From Macrostomum lignano (Eukaryota): a stretch of 64,000 nucleotides of DNA. Where the stretch lies: the NCBI GenBank assembly GCA_002269645.1, contig NIVC01001348.1, positions 1 through 64,000 of the forward strand. Reading direction: 5' to 3'. Positions 12,890 to 25,825 of this stretch are shown here, piece after piece. Each line of letters starts with the position of its first letter. Positions within the stretch are counted from its first letter, which is position 1. Both the position numbers and the translations under genes were made by a program. Below the pieces are notes generated by a model. The model was not told where the DNA came from, searched no databases, and saw nothing but the letters and a program-made list of their open reading frames with translations.

Positions 12890-13625
12890 ATTGCACCAAT
12901 TTAGATACAAATTGCACCAATTTAGATACTAATTGCACCCATTTAGATACTAACTGCACCCATTTAGATACTAATTGCACCAATTTAGATACTAACTGCA
13001 CCGATTTAGACACAAATTGCACAAATTTAGATACTCATTGCACCAATTTAGATACTAGCTGCACCAATTTAGATACTAGCGGCACCAATTTAGGTGCTTG
13101 ATGCACCAATTTAGATACTTGATGCACCAATTTAGATACTTGATGCACCAATTTAGATACTCATCGCACCAATTTAGATACTCATCGCACCAATTTAGAT
13201 ACTTGATGCACCAATTTAGATACTAGCGGCACCAATTTAGATACTTGATGCACCAATTTAGATACTAGCTGCACCAATTTAAGTGCTTGATGCACTAATT
13301 TAGATACTCATTGCACCAATTTAGATACTCATTGCACCAATTTAGATACTTGATGCACTAATTTAGATACTTGATGCACCAATTTAGATACTTGATGCAC
13401 CAATTTAGATACTTGATGCACCAATTTAGATACTAGCTGCACCAATTTAAGTGCTTGATGCACTAATATAGATACTTGATGCACCAATTTAGATACTCAT
13501 CGCACCAATTTAGATACTTAATGCACCAATTTAGATACTTTATGCACCAATTTAGATACTCATTGCACCAATTTAGATACTTGATGCACCAATTTAGTCA
13601 CTAATTGCACCAATTTAGACATTAG
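12890..13625. repeat. 21-bp minisatellite (TGCACCAATTTAGATACTTGA)n
   Basis: About 35 units read directly. Confidence 0.95.
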
Positions 13626-15074
13626 TTTCAAAGCATTATTAATGTGTCATTTACAATTCGGCCATATTTGCATTGGGTTAAAAAACCGACATTTTTTTCC
13701 CGCCTGTCAATCCAAGCCAATTGACGCGAGGTGCTGCATCGCTATAAGTTAGAAAAAAGCTATCAGTGACAATGAACTCACGGACGGCAAACATGGCCTG
13801 CTCCCAACCCTCAGATGATATAAATATAACCCTGTTTGCTCAAATATTAGTCAGTTGATGGCGTGAGTTGAGAGGAGGCTGCATTTAGCTCTCCCAAATC
13901 CTATGCTATCATTAATCTGCAGGTAACTCCACGCAGGCGGGGGGCACATTGTTACCTAATACTAAGTATTTAAACCGATATGGTCATTCGCACAGCTCGC
14001 CAAATCGATGCACCAGCTTCTATCAAATTCATAATCGATATATGAGAGGAGACGACTCAAAAAGAGACCCATGAAAACCAGCATCATTTCGCCGCCCTCG
14101 GGGTGCGTGTGTCAGCCCGCTTCTCAGCAGAACAAACGGTTTCATATTGAGATCCATACAGAAATTTCTCACACATTTCTAACAAACTTCAACCTCTGAA
14201 CCTTCCCACCCCGGCGTGACAGCTGACGTAACAGCGATTCGGATACAAAATTATGAAGTGCCAAGGCCGCATATGAGTCGCATCAAGCCCGTGTCAAACT
14301 TTGTCAAGACCGTCATCATTCGCAATGATTGACACTAGCAGCTATTCAAGTTGCTGTTGGTAAGGTGAAAATGAGGTTAGGTAATATAGCTTCTTCACAC
14401 CTTTCTCTCTCCCTATACCGACAATTAAAACTAGCCCGGCTCATAAGAGCTGTCGCTCTTCCTCGGGCGAGTGAGGAGTTTTGGCAATAGAAAACTCACT
14501 ACTGTATATGGAACGACATAGACATTTTGTTCTCCCATTTTCTTTTTCTTGAGACCGCGGTGGCTTCTAAAGAGGGATTTGGAAGGTAATATAAGAATTA
14601 AAAGGAAGCGGTGGAACTTCCGCGGAGCCTAATTCACTTTCGCTATTCTGTGTGTGGGCCCCTCCCCTCTCCCGTCCCAACCCTCACTCTAAACTGCAGC
14701 TGCAGCCTTGGGCAGAGTCTCTCCGCTCCAGTTGACTTGGCAAGGAGGCGGTTTTCAGTTACGTAACTTCATAATACAACAGACTGTCGCTGACTGCTGA
14801 CTATTGAGCAACTATTCTCTTAGAGATCGGCGCTGAGCTGCGTCTCTGTGCGGCCGAGAGCGAATGAATGCAGCCCGTCCGTGACGCTTGATAAGCGCTG
14901 AGTGGATGAACCTGAGCCAGCAGTCCATAACAGGTGCTTCCTGACCGAGCCCCCAGTGCGCGAACTCGTTGCGTTTTGTTCAGCTGAAAATTCATTTATT
15001 AGCTTTTATTGACTCTTTCTGAGCTTGCCAGGGCGGCCGTTTCTGCTTGGGTGGTTGCTGGTGGACTCGATCGC

Positions 15075-16190
15075 TACATCCTCGATCTCTATGCATCCTC
15101 AATCTCTCAATCTCTATGCTTCCTCAATCTCTGTGCATCCTCAATCTCTGTGCATCCTCAATCTCTCAATCTCTGTGCATCCTCAATCTCTCAATCTCTG
15201 TGCATCCTCAATCTCTCAATCTCTGTGCATCCTCAATCTCTGTGCATTCTCAATCTCTGTGCATCCTCAATCTCTGTGCATCCTCAATCTCTGTGCATCC
15301 TCAATCTCTATGCATCCTCAATCTCTATGCATTCTCAATCTCTATGCATTCTCAATCTCTATGCATCCTCAATCTCTATACATCCTCAATCTCTTTGCAT
15401 CCTCAATCTCTATGCATCCTCAATCTCTGTGCATCCTCAATCTCTATGCATCCTCAATCTCTGTGCATCCTCAATCTCTGTGCATTCTCAATCTCTTTGC
15501 ATCCTCAATCTCTGTGCATTCTCAATCTCTTTGCATCCTCAATCTCTGTGCATCCTCAATCTCTTTGCATCCTCAATCTCTGTGCATCCTCAATCTCTAT
15601 GCATCCTCAATCTCTATGCATCCTCAATCTCTTTGCATCCTCAATCTCTTTGCATCCTCAATCTCTATGCATCCTCAATCTCTGTGCATCCTCAATCTCT
15701 GTGCATCCTCAATCTCTGTGCATTCTCAATCTCTATGCATCCTCAATCTCTATGCATCCTCAATCTCTATGCATCCTCAATCTCTGTGCATCCTCAATCT
15801 CTGTGCATCCTCAATCTCTGTGCATTCTCAATCTCTATACATCCTCAATCTCTGTGCATCCTCAATGTCTCTGTGCATTCTCAATATCTACATCCTCAAT
15901 ATCTACACCCTCAATGTCTACATCCTTAATATCTACATCTTCAATATCTACATCCTCAATATCTACATCCTCAATATCTACATCCTTATAATATCTACAA
16001 TCTCAATATCTACCTCCTCAAAATATCTACAACCTCAATATCTACATCCTCAAAATATCTACAACCTCAATATCTAAATCCTCAAAATCTACCTCCTCAA
16101 AATATATCTACAAACTCAATATCTACATCCTCAAAATATATCTACAAACTCAATATCTACATCCTCAAAATATCTACATCCTCAATCTCA
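15075..16190. repeat. 17-bp minisatellite (CATCCTCAATCTCTGTG)n grading into 15-bp (CATCCTCAATATCTA)n
   Basis: Direct reading; the three 300-350 aa ORFs here are artefacts. Confidence 0.95.
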
Positions 16191-17261
16191 ATGTATATCC
16201 GAACCCCCCATCTATAATTCCTACATTTGTGTATCCAGTCCAAGTCTTCTAATCCAATTCCTTATGCCTTCATTCTATAAATGGTTCAAAACCGTTGCAT
16301 TATTTAATTTTCGCGACTTTAGACAATTCAAGCGCTTTACAACATCAGCAGTAAATTGTTTGTTCAAAGAATCGCGCAAATTGTCTCTTAAATATGTGCA
16401 TTTTGCCGACACATGCGTCCGATTTGAGCACTGGCAAATAGACAGAAAAATGGCCAATCTCTTCCCCATCAATGCGTCCCTATTGCAGCCAACTGTGCAG
16501 CTTCCCTTATCAAATTTGGCCTCAGCTTCATCATCATCATTATTATCATAATCATCAAATTCCTGGACCCGGATTCCCGGTTGGTCAGTCAGTCAGCTCA
16601 TACCTGGCTGAACTGGGCGGCGGCTTGCAGGATTCCGGCAAAGCTGCCGAGAGTAAAATAGGTGAGCTACTACTCCTCCGGTTTTTTCCGCCTCATCCTT
16701 GGCAGAGGGAGGCTGGTCCGGTATGTGAGGTTACGTAAGCACTGCATTTCCATGCAGATTAGTTCATTTCCCTCAAGCCGCCCCCCTCATCTCTGCAGCC
16801 TCACCTATCTGGGACTTTGGGGATTGATGGGGCTTGGCTCCAGACTCCTCCCGTTTCTTCATCTCATCTTCTTCTTCATCATTGATGTCGTGGCCATTTC
16901 TTTCTTTTTCTTCTCAAATCATCGGTTCATTCATTCGACTCCCCCCTCACCTCAATTCAGCCCCTGTTCCCTGTTTGATCCTCAGTTTGCCGCCCTGAGG
17001 GAGGGGGTGAGAGGGGAAGGGGTGGGCAGGAGGCCGGCAACCATCAAAAACTCGATCCTCTCCGGCAAGCAGATTTTAATGAGCTGCCTAAATCGCCTTT
17101 ACATGGAAATGGCTATTCATATTTTTGCTTCATTTTTTTCTCTTTTCTCTGCACGAAGCCCCAATCAAAAGCATTTTGTTAGGCTGTTATCAACCCAATT
17201 TTAACTTAAATTTAAACTTTTTATCTATAGGTAGGACACTAAACACTTCGTTCATGCTCAC

Positions 17262-17365
17262 CCAGTGACAGAATCGGTCACTCTGACATCACCCACTGAC
17301 AGAATCGGTCACTCTGACATCACCCACTGACAGAATCGCTCACCCCACTGACATAATCAGTCACT
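17262..17365. repeat. 31-bp tandem repeat, about 3 units
   Basis: GACAGAATCGGTCACTCTGACATCACCCACT repeated. Confidence 0.85.
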
Positions 17366-18339
17366 TAATGACAGAACCCAAACCAAGCCCATGTGGTGAC
17401 TTTCAAGCCTTCAATCGAATATTAAATCCATGCTTTCGCAAGTATTTCCCTTCTGAAAAATGTCTACACACCCCCAAGAATCTTCTCAAAGATTAATGAC
17501 CGAATGGCACGAAATCGACTGACTTGTGCCGATGATTTTCCAAATGGAGACTGAGCAGATGGAGCTGCGCTTTCTTCGCAGTTATAATTCTTGGTGTGGG
17601 CACGTTTTTTGGCTTAAAGACACGATCGACAGGGGGGAATGAGTTGAGTCGAAGACAGAATAGGAAGGGGCTGAATAGGAAGGAAGCTGACTGATATCCC
17701 CTCACTGAAGGGAGATTTTCGCTTAAGACTCTTCTTTTGGCCAACTGTATACAGTGAAGTTGGGATATCGCTTCCATCTCCGTCAGCTATATTCATAACT
17801 TTTTTGCATAATGAGCCACTTCCTTCTAATCTCCCGAGGGGTGGGGGGAGCGCAACGGTAGACACATTCATCCATTTTTTCATTCAGCTTTTTCATACGC
17901 CGGGATATCGCAGACTGGTTGAGAGGGTCAAAGTTCAAAGACGCCTCCGTCAGACACTCCCTGAGGGCAATTTGAGCCAGTCATTGCTCTGCAGTTGCTC
18001 ACTCACTCAACTAACGGTGATTCTGACTGCTCAATTCACAGGCTGAGGCGAGTCAAAGTCAACGTCTTTGTCTCCATTGTTTCTTTTGTTTCTAGCGCTG
18101 GAACCTTGCGCCTGGACTCAGCATTTATAGCTCATACATGTGCTTGGTGTGAATGCTTTTACAGTTTTTGAAATATGCAATTTCAAATGTTTTTCTTTCC
18201 GGTTCGATGCTTTTAAGTAGCTCAACAAGTTTTAGTCTCTATGGCCAAGTTTGGGGTGGGGCAGAGCAGATCAGCGACCGATTCTCGCGCAAAAGTGAAC
18301 CGGATTCCATTCCGTGCAAGACAACATTTATATCTGCCT

Positions 18340-18745
18340 TGTGTCTATGGCCAATCCTATCTTTACTTTATTTGTGTCTATACTGTCTATGGCCAAGCCT
18401 ATCTGTACTTTATTTGTGTCTATACTGTCTATGGCCAAGCCTATCTGTACTTTATTTGTGTCTATACTATCTATGGTCAAGCCTATCTGTACTTTATTTG
18501 TGTCAATACTGTCTATGGCCATACCTAAATGTACTCTATTTGTGCCTGTACTATATATGGCCAAGCCTATCTGTACTTTATTTGTGTCTATACTATCTAT
18601 GGTCAAGCCTATCTGTACTTTATTTGTGTCAATACTGTCTATGGCCAAGCCTATCTGTACTTTATTTGTGTATATACTATCTATGTCCAAGCCTATCTGT
18701 ACTCTATTTGTGCATACGGTATGAATGGCCAAGCCTAACTGTACA
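18340..18745. repeat. 42-bp minisatellite, about 9-10 units
   Basis: CTGTCTATGGCCAAGCCTATCTGTACTTTATTTGTGTCTATA repeated. Confidence 0.92.
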
Positions 18746-19724
18746 CAGGCTCTGCCAGTAGGTTTTATAGCCTATTTCGAGTCTGTAATGTCTATGGCCA
18801 AGTCTGACTGCACTTCACATGTATTTCTACCTATATACGCTCGTAAATGTAGGTATCCATGGCGCAACTGAACATGCCAATCTATCTTTCATTTTCTAAT
18901 TTCCTTTTCGGGACATTAAAATTTGAACCCGATCAAATTTGGTTCCCTGCTGCGACGCGGTAGGTTTCCCCCACCCACCCCTGCCTCTCCCATAACCGGA
19001 TTGTTAAGTTATTAATGCGACACAGCAAAGGCCCCAAGTCCACTGGGATCTCTGCTCTCCTCCCTCGCTTCTCCCAATTTCCCACGGACTGCGCAACTGC
19101 ATGACCCCTTCAAAGCGCGCCTCTTATTGCTGAGTGGGCGATTAAAGCCAGCACCAACTCAGCAGGCAGCGCTAGCTGGACTCCAGACACCAGGGGGGGG
19201 GGGCTTGCTAGGCCCCTTCCTTCGTCATACTCTTCGGGCCCAACGAAGAGTCACGTGCAACCCCTCGCCCCCTTCTTCCAAGACGGGGCGCCAAGGAGGG
19301 GACCCCAGACGCCCGGGGTTAGATCCCGGATGCCGTCCGCAAAATCCCTTATATCCCCCTTTAAGTCGCCACTTACGTAACTCTTTCTCATTCTATGCCT
19401 TTGCTGGCCTACAGACTATCGACCCTCCTCTAGTCCCACTCTGGCGCTGGGATCCTGAGAGTTTGGGGGAGAGGAAAAAGGGGTGCCAACTTCAGAATCG
19501 CCTCTTGTTCATTCACTTTTTTCAACACATACAGACAGGCACACAGGCATGTTGGGGAAACACGGGCCCAAGTAAATATTGTTGAGCTATTATGAAACAA
19601 GGCCAGAATTGAGGTGAAATGGAGAAAAAAAGCAACAATAAAAATCGAGGCCTGTCAAACCGGCTCAGAGCTCCCAGGGCTATTTAGAAACTCTGTCAAT
19701 ACTGGATGACTCTGTGATACTCTG

Positions 19725-19840
19725 TCAGCCAATAGCAGGCCGCCCCTGCCATCTCTCCCCACCTCTCTCTCTCCATACACCAGCTAAATAGCCGCCACTG
19801 CAGCACTACAGGGCCCCTGGCGCCCCACACTCAATTCGAT
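19725..19840 (+). promoter_or_regulatory. Putative core promoter of the secreted-protein gene
   Basis: GCCAATAG (CCAAT), TAAATAG (TATA-like, about 19785) and TCAATT (Inr-like, about 19831) upstream of ATG 19892; motif match only. Confidence 0.3.
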
Positions 19841-19891
19841 TTCGATCTCTTTCTGCTCCTCTCGCTCGCAGTCCAAGCCTCGCAGTCGGAG

Positions 19892-20848
19892 ATGCTAAAG
19901 CGTCAGCTCATCCCCGCGGTGCTGTTGCTATTCAGCATCGCCGCCTCAGCCTCCGCGGCGCCGTTCCAGTGCAGCATCAGCGGCAGCAACGGATCCCGTC
20001 TAGAAACTGAAGTGCTGGGAGGTCGGCGAATCCAGCAGTCAGTCAGGCTGGCCGCGACCGCGATGCACAGCTGCCAGTGGGTGCTCAACTCCAGCACCTA
20101 CACTGATTACGTAATCGAACGGAACCGGAGCGACGCTGCGAGCTCCTGCCAGCGAGTCCGTGTCATCGGCGGACCCCTCGGCGGCTCCTGGACTGTCACA
20201 GCTCCGTCTGAGCCCGATCTCGACCCCCGCCTGGTTGGCAAGTGTCGCCACAGGCTGGGCGCGGACTGCCGCTACCACCTCACCGACTACCAGGCCGCCG
20301 ACCAGCCCTGCCGCTACGAAAATGGCGGCCCGGTCTGCCAGGAGGCGCCCCGACAGTTCAGCGGCGTTCTGGGTGGCCGCAGCTTCAATGCCACCTGGAT
20401 CCAGCTGGACCTCATCCCGGGAAACTCGAGCAGCTGCGCCTGGGTGCTGCTGGGCAGCTCCGCCAGCCTGTGGACTCACTCCGCCCAGGCTGCCGGCGGC
20501 CGCGCCTGCCTGACCTGCTCGCGTCATGCCGGATCGGGCAAGGTCGCCTGCTCGCCTCCAGCGGCAGCCGCCGCTCCGCCAGGCACCGACTGCGAGCACC
20601 GGCTGGGACCCGACTGCCGGCCGTACATGGTGGACTTCGCCAACTCCGAGCTGCCCTGCCGGGAGACCCGCCGAAGCAGCGGCAGCGGTGGCGGCAGCGG
20701 CAGCAGCTCCCGTCAGGCCTCGTCGGATGCCAGCTACCGGATGCTGATGTCGGACGACGGCGGCAGCAAGTCGGGCGTCCCAGTCGCCTCCTCGCTGATG
20801 CCGCTGCTGCTGCTGGCTGCAGGTGCCGCTGCCTCTCTGAGAAGGTAA
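19892..20848 (+). CDS. Secreted, probably GPI-anchored protein (318 aa) with two copies of an unrecognised Cys-rich domain
   Basis: GC-rich codon usage like the neighbouring exons; signal-peptide-like MLKRQLIPAVLLLFSIAASASA; duplicated motifs VLGGR, SCxWVL, CxHRLGxDCR...PCR; five N-x-S/T sequons; Ser/Gly linker and hydrophobic C-terminus VASSLMPLLLLAAGAAASLRR. AG/GTAACA at the stop could alternatively be a splice donor. Confidence 0.8.
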   Translation: MLKRQLIPAVLLLFSIAASASAAPFQCSISGSNGSRLETEVLGGRRIQQSVRLAATAMHSCQWVLNSSTYTDYVIERNRSDAASSCQRVRVIGGPLGGSWTVTAPSEPDLDPRLVGKCRHRLGADCRYHLTDYQAADQPCRYENGGPVCQEAPRQFSGVLGGRSFNATWIQLDLIPGNSSSCAWVLLGSSASLWTHSAQAAGGRACLTCSRHAGSGKVACSPPAAAAAPPGTDCEHRLGPDCRPYMVDFANSELPCRETRRSSGSGGGSGSSSRQASSDASYRMLMSDDGGSKSGVPVASSLMPLLLLAAGAAASLRR

Positions 20849-20925
20849 CAGACTGGAGTTGCGCCACCGGCTCCATGTGTGTCTACGGCACGAATCTGAA
20901 ACTGATTGTACTAATGTTCCTTGAT

Positions 20926-21165
20926 CGGAAGAATCGCCCACGCCCCCATCGGAAGAATCGCCCATGCCCCCATCGGAAGAATCGCCCATCCCCATCGGAA
21001 GAATCGCCCATGCCCCCATCGGAAGAATCGCCATCCCCATCGGAAAAATCGCCCATGCCCCCATTGGAAGAATCGCCCATGCCCCCATTGGAAGAATCGC
21101 CCATGCCCCCATCGGAAGAATCGCCCATGCCTCATCGCAAGAATCGCCCATGCCCTCATCGGAAG
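20926..21165. repeat. About 24-bp minisatellite (GAAGAATCGCCCATGCCCCCATCG)n just 3' of the secreted-protein CDS
   Basis: About 10 variable units. Confidence 0.9.
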
Positions 21166-21944
21166 GACCAGGCCCCATTGTTCTAAAAGAAATAATATAT
21201 TGGACAAGCGTCCTACTTTGCAAGAAATAAAAGAAGTTGTATAAAAGCAAAACAAAAGAAACACAGAAGCAATGCAAAAACAATGTCTTGTTCAAATATT
21301 ACTAATCAATTGAACTTCAAGATTTCTTACCTCTCTGCAATTTGATTACGCAATCTTTCTGAACTGAATGCTAACCAAATTTTATTTCAAAGCAAATTTG
21401 TACCATTTCTGAACTATTCCCGTCAGTGGTAAAATGCGGAACTCGAATCACCACTAAAGTACACTTTCTGCTCGAGAAACTGAATCACCAAAAATAATTA
21501 TTCCCGTTGCTTTGTCGGGCAATGTTTAATAACTTTTTTATCTGTGCACATCATTTTCTACTCATTTATTTTAAATGCTCACTGGTTGCACAGTTGCTTG
21601 CTTCTTCTAGTAGACAAAGTGGCACGTTTTTCTTCTTGCAGAAACATTGCTTGACCCGATTCGATTGTCCCGTGTGCGTGCTTTGCAGCTGTTTGCTTTT
21701 TTGTGAACAATTACGTTTTTACCAATGTATGTGTTTGTTAGCTTTGTCAGCTTTTTTACGAACGATTTTAGTATAATAAAAAATATTATAATGCTTACAT
21801 ACCCCTTACACACAGTGTGGGCAACACGAGTAATATATTGACACTTCGAATCCCAGCTATGAAATACAAACAATGAAAAACTTGTCATAAATATTTTATC
21901 TGCGTTAGAAAATTTCATTTTTTTGATAGAATGTCATTGGAAAA

Positions 21945-22595
21945 GGTGGAGGTAGATGCGCCATCCCGTGAAGGGAGGGGCGGAAGGCGAAAGGCCATCC
22001 CGTGAAGGGAGAGGCGGAAGGAGAGGCGCCATCTCATGAAGGGGCGAAAGGAGAGGCGCCATCCTGTGAAGTGAGGGGCGGAAGGAGAGGCGCCATCCTG
22101 TGAAGGGAGGGGCGGAAGGAGAGGCGCCATCCTGTGAAGGGAGGGGCGGAAGGAGAGGCGCCATCCCGTGAAAGGGCGGAAGGAGAGGCGCCATCCTGTG
22201 AAGGGAGGGGCGGAAGGAGAGGCGCCATCCTGTGAAGGGAGGGGCGGAAGGAGAGGCGCCATCCCGTGAAAGGGCGGAAGGAGAGGCACCACCTCATGAA
22301 GGGGCAGAAGGAGAGGCGCCATCTCATGAAGGGGCGGAAGGAGAGGCACCACCTCATGAAGGGGCGGAAGGAGAGGCACCACCTCATGAAGGGGCAGAAG
22401 GAGAGGCGCCATCTCATGAAGGGGCGGAAGGAGAGGCACCACCTCATGAAGGGGCGGAAGGAGAGGCACCACCTCATGAAGGGGCAGAAGGAGAGGCGCC
22501 ATCTCATGAAGGGGCGGAAGGAGAGGCACCACCTCATGAAGGGGCAGAAGGAGAGGCGCCATCTCATGAAGGGGCGGAAGGAGAGGCACCATCCC
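21945..22595. repeat. 30/33-bp purine-rich minisatellite (GAAGGGGCGGAAGGAGAGGCGCCATCTCAT)n
   Basis: About 21 units; ORFs in several frames are repeat artefacts. Confidence 0.93.
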
Positions 22596-23229
22596 ATGGG
22601 GGAGTCGCCATTCACCTGGCGCTATCCCACCAGGGGCGAGAAGAGCCTGAAAAAAGCTCTTGACGTCTCTATTACAGATCCCGTGATGCTTAACTACAGG
22701 GGGAACTTTCTGTCCTGATGCAATTACAGAACCCAGGAATCGAAACTGGCTCTCAGCACCAACAGCGGTGCTAAAAAGCCCGTTTGCAACAGAGGCGGCT
22801 ACAATGTTAGGGTGCTAGCCGCCTACCGATGACGGGTGGGCAAGAAGCGGGCGAGGGCAGTCAATCCGAGATCCAATTGTCTCAAATCTGGGTCTGTTGA
22901 GACTTAGCAGACGGAATTTAAGGTTCCCACTGAATATGCGGTTTGCTAATCAGCTTCTTGCTGGCTTACTGTCGGTTTTTACCTGTGACTCACTTGTTCG
23001 TTAGGCAGTCAACGGTGGGAAAGCGTTGAAGAAAACTCGGAGAACCCAACGCGCTGCGCGAGTTTGTAGCGCGCTGTAAAAAAATTCAATTTTCGTAAAT
23101 CCAAAAAATCAGAGCTTCTTCTACAGTATTGCGAAGCTTTTTTACATTTTAAATTTAATTTGGGCTAATTTTAATTGCAAGTAGCAGCTAATGGCTGCGA
23201 AATTCTGTTTTTAGAATTGAAATCTGTAA

Positions 23230-24050
23230 GGGTGTGAATGCTTCAGGGTGTGAATACTTCAGGGTGTGAATACTTCAGGGTGTGAATACTTCAGGGTGTG
23301 AATAGATCCTGGTGTGAATACTTCAGGGTATGAATAGATCCTGGTGTGAATACTTCAGGGTGTGAATACTTCAGGGTGTGAATACTTCAGGGTGTGAATA
23401 CTTCAGGGTGTGAAAAGATCCTGGTGTGAATACTTCAGGGTATGAATAGATCCTGGTGTGAATACTTCAGGGTGTGAATACTTCAGGGTGTGAATACTTC
23501 AGGGTGTGAATACTTCAGGGTGTGAAAAGATCCTGGTGTGAATACTTCAGGGTATGAATAGATCCTGGTGTGAATACTTCAGGGTATGAATAGATCCTGG
23601 TGTGAATACTTCAGGGTGTGAATACTTCAGGGTGTGAAAAGATCCTGGTGTGAATACTTCAGGGTATGAATAGATCCTGGTGTGAATACTTCAGGGTGTG
23701 AATACTTCAGGGTGTGAAAAGATCCTGGTGTGAATACTTCAGGGTATGAATAGATCCTGGTGTGAATACTTCAGGGTGTGAATACTTCAGGGTGTGAATA
23801 CTTCAGGGTGTGAAAAGATCCTGGTGTGAATACTTCAGGGTATGAATAGATCCTGGTGTGAATACTTCAGGGTGTGAATACTTCAGGGTGTGAAAAGATC
23901 CTGGTGTGAATACTTCAGGGTGTGAATAGATCCTGGTGTGAATACTTCAGGATGTGAATACTTCAGGGTGTGAATACTTCAGGACGTGAATACTTCAGGA
24001 TGTGAATACTTCAGGGTGTGAATACTTCAGGGTGTGAATAATTATGATGT
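23230..24050. repeat. 16-bp satellite with two monomer types (CTTCAGGGTGTGAATA / GATCCTGGTGTGAATA) in higher-order order
   Basis: About 50 units, direct reading. Confidence 0.95.
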
Positions 24051-25204
24051 GAATTTTAAGTACGCGAATGCTCAAGATGAGGAAGATTTTTAATCCCCAG
24101 GAAAATAAAGCTATGGGATTAGGCATCTGTTGAAGGGAAAAGCTCTCCTCCGCGAGTTAATCTCTATCTGGGCTGCATCAGTTTGAGGCCGTGACCCCAA
24201 ACCACCGTACAGAGCAGACACTGCTCAAGCTTACTGGACTGAATAGTTTCTTATTTAGCTTGTCATTTTTGCCTATCAGATCAGATCGTGTTCAATCATT
24301 CGCTTCCACAGCCTGTCCACCACGGTTGACCCGACACGGCGTGTGCAATTAACAGCCGATCTCGGCTGAGGCTTGTGAGTTTTTGTTTCTAATTAAAATC
24401 GCCAGGCGGCAGATATGCCGGAGACTAATTCCGAAATGGCTACTGGTAGCTTCGTATCTGAGGGGGGGGGAGTCGAGGGAGCTTCAGAATTTCGGAATTC
24501 GAATCGTCGCTCGACACTGTTGCTAGGGGATCTCTTCCCTCTCGCTCTCTGTTCTGTCTCTCACGCAGCCCCCCCCCAGCTTCAAGACGTCGAGAACTGC
24601 GAAATGCCCCAACATGGCCGTCTACGCACCCCCCCCCCTTCGACAGGCTGGGAAGCCCCTTGCGCGCTGGTTCTCGGGTGACTCACGGACAGCCAGAGAG
24701 GGCCAAGCCAGCTGCAGCAGCAGCAGCAACAGTAGCTTTTCTTATCAAGAAATTGTGAAAGAAAATCCTTATATATAACTAGAAGGCAAAAAACACTCGC
24801 CTAGATCCGCTAAAATCCAAATCCAGAAACAGGAGAAGCCCAATTGCATTCGAAAGGGGATCAACGCTGATGGGGATAGAGGGAAATGAGGAATTTCTTA
24901 GAAAACCAGCGGAGCCAGAGGAAGCCTTTCTGGGCTACGAGAGCAGTAATTGGTGCGATGCGTGTTTGGAATGTCAAGACGCGGTCGGGGGCCAACAGCC
25001 GTTATCAGAGGCTGTGGTAAAAAGGTAGACAGAGGGTTGTCAGGGGGTTTGTCTTGTTTGGGAAACACAAAACCAAACGGATCGCCCAGAATTTCCACCG
25101 AATTTGAAACTGGTTCAAGCTGCTGTCGGAGTGACCCGGTGGCTTTATTAAAACTAGCGTCTTAGTGTAGGCTAGTCTATGCGATGAGCATAGACTGAAC
25201 AATT

Positions 25205-25325
25205 AATGATCGATCAGCAGTACCAGATGAGCAATCAATGATCGATCAGCAGTACCAGATGAGCAATCAGTGATCAATTATCAGTACCAGATGAGCAATC
25301 AATGATCAATCAGCAGTACCAGATG
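25205..25325. repeat. 32-bp tandem repeat, about 4 units
   Basis: GATCGATCAGCAGTACCAGATGAGCAATCAAT. Confidence 0.85.
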
Positions 25326-25825
25326 CATAAAAAGGCTACCTGTGTAATGTCACATATTTTCAAATTGATTGTATAAATTTAAAATAGTTTGCTCATCATC
25401 CAGCCATGAGCTCTAAAAAAATTCCCAATCGCTAGCCAGCCTTGAGATATTCGTGAAGATATGCATTATTAAGGCTCGGCATTCACTCAGAGCTCCATCT
25501 AGTGAGCTGATAAAGAAATCCCATATCCAACAATGCCACAAGTTGCCTTTTTTGATTTCGTGAGCAGTTTGACTCATACCGTACAGAGCTTCCGTTTTAG
25601 CGGGATATTCTACTCTTATCTTAGATGTTTGCCATCTAGGGGATTTTTTTGAATGGGAAATGAAAGCTGAGAAGCCATCAGATTCTATGATATAGTGTGT
25701 GTTTTTTGCTTTGCTAGTGGCTTTTTGAGGTTTTGGTTATCCGATTGCATGAGCGGGGTGTTAATTTGCATTCATTCCGTGAGTCATACAGGCTAGGGGT
25801 TAGCCTGACTGTTACTGGCTCCATG

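Noticed and set aside
15009-16077. Three 300-350 aa Cys/Ser/Leu-rich ORFs
   Set aside because: 17-bp minisatellite artefact.
20039-21295. 418-aa antisense ORF and overlapping alternative-frame ORFs over the secreted-protein gene
   Set aside because: Explained by high GC (few stops) plus the 24-bp repeat; no coherent protein features.
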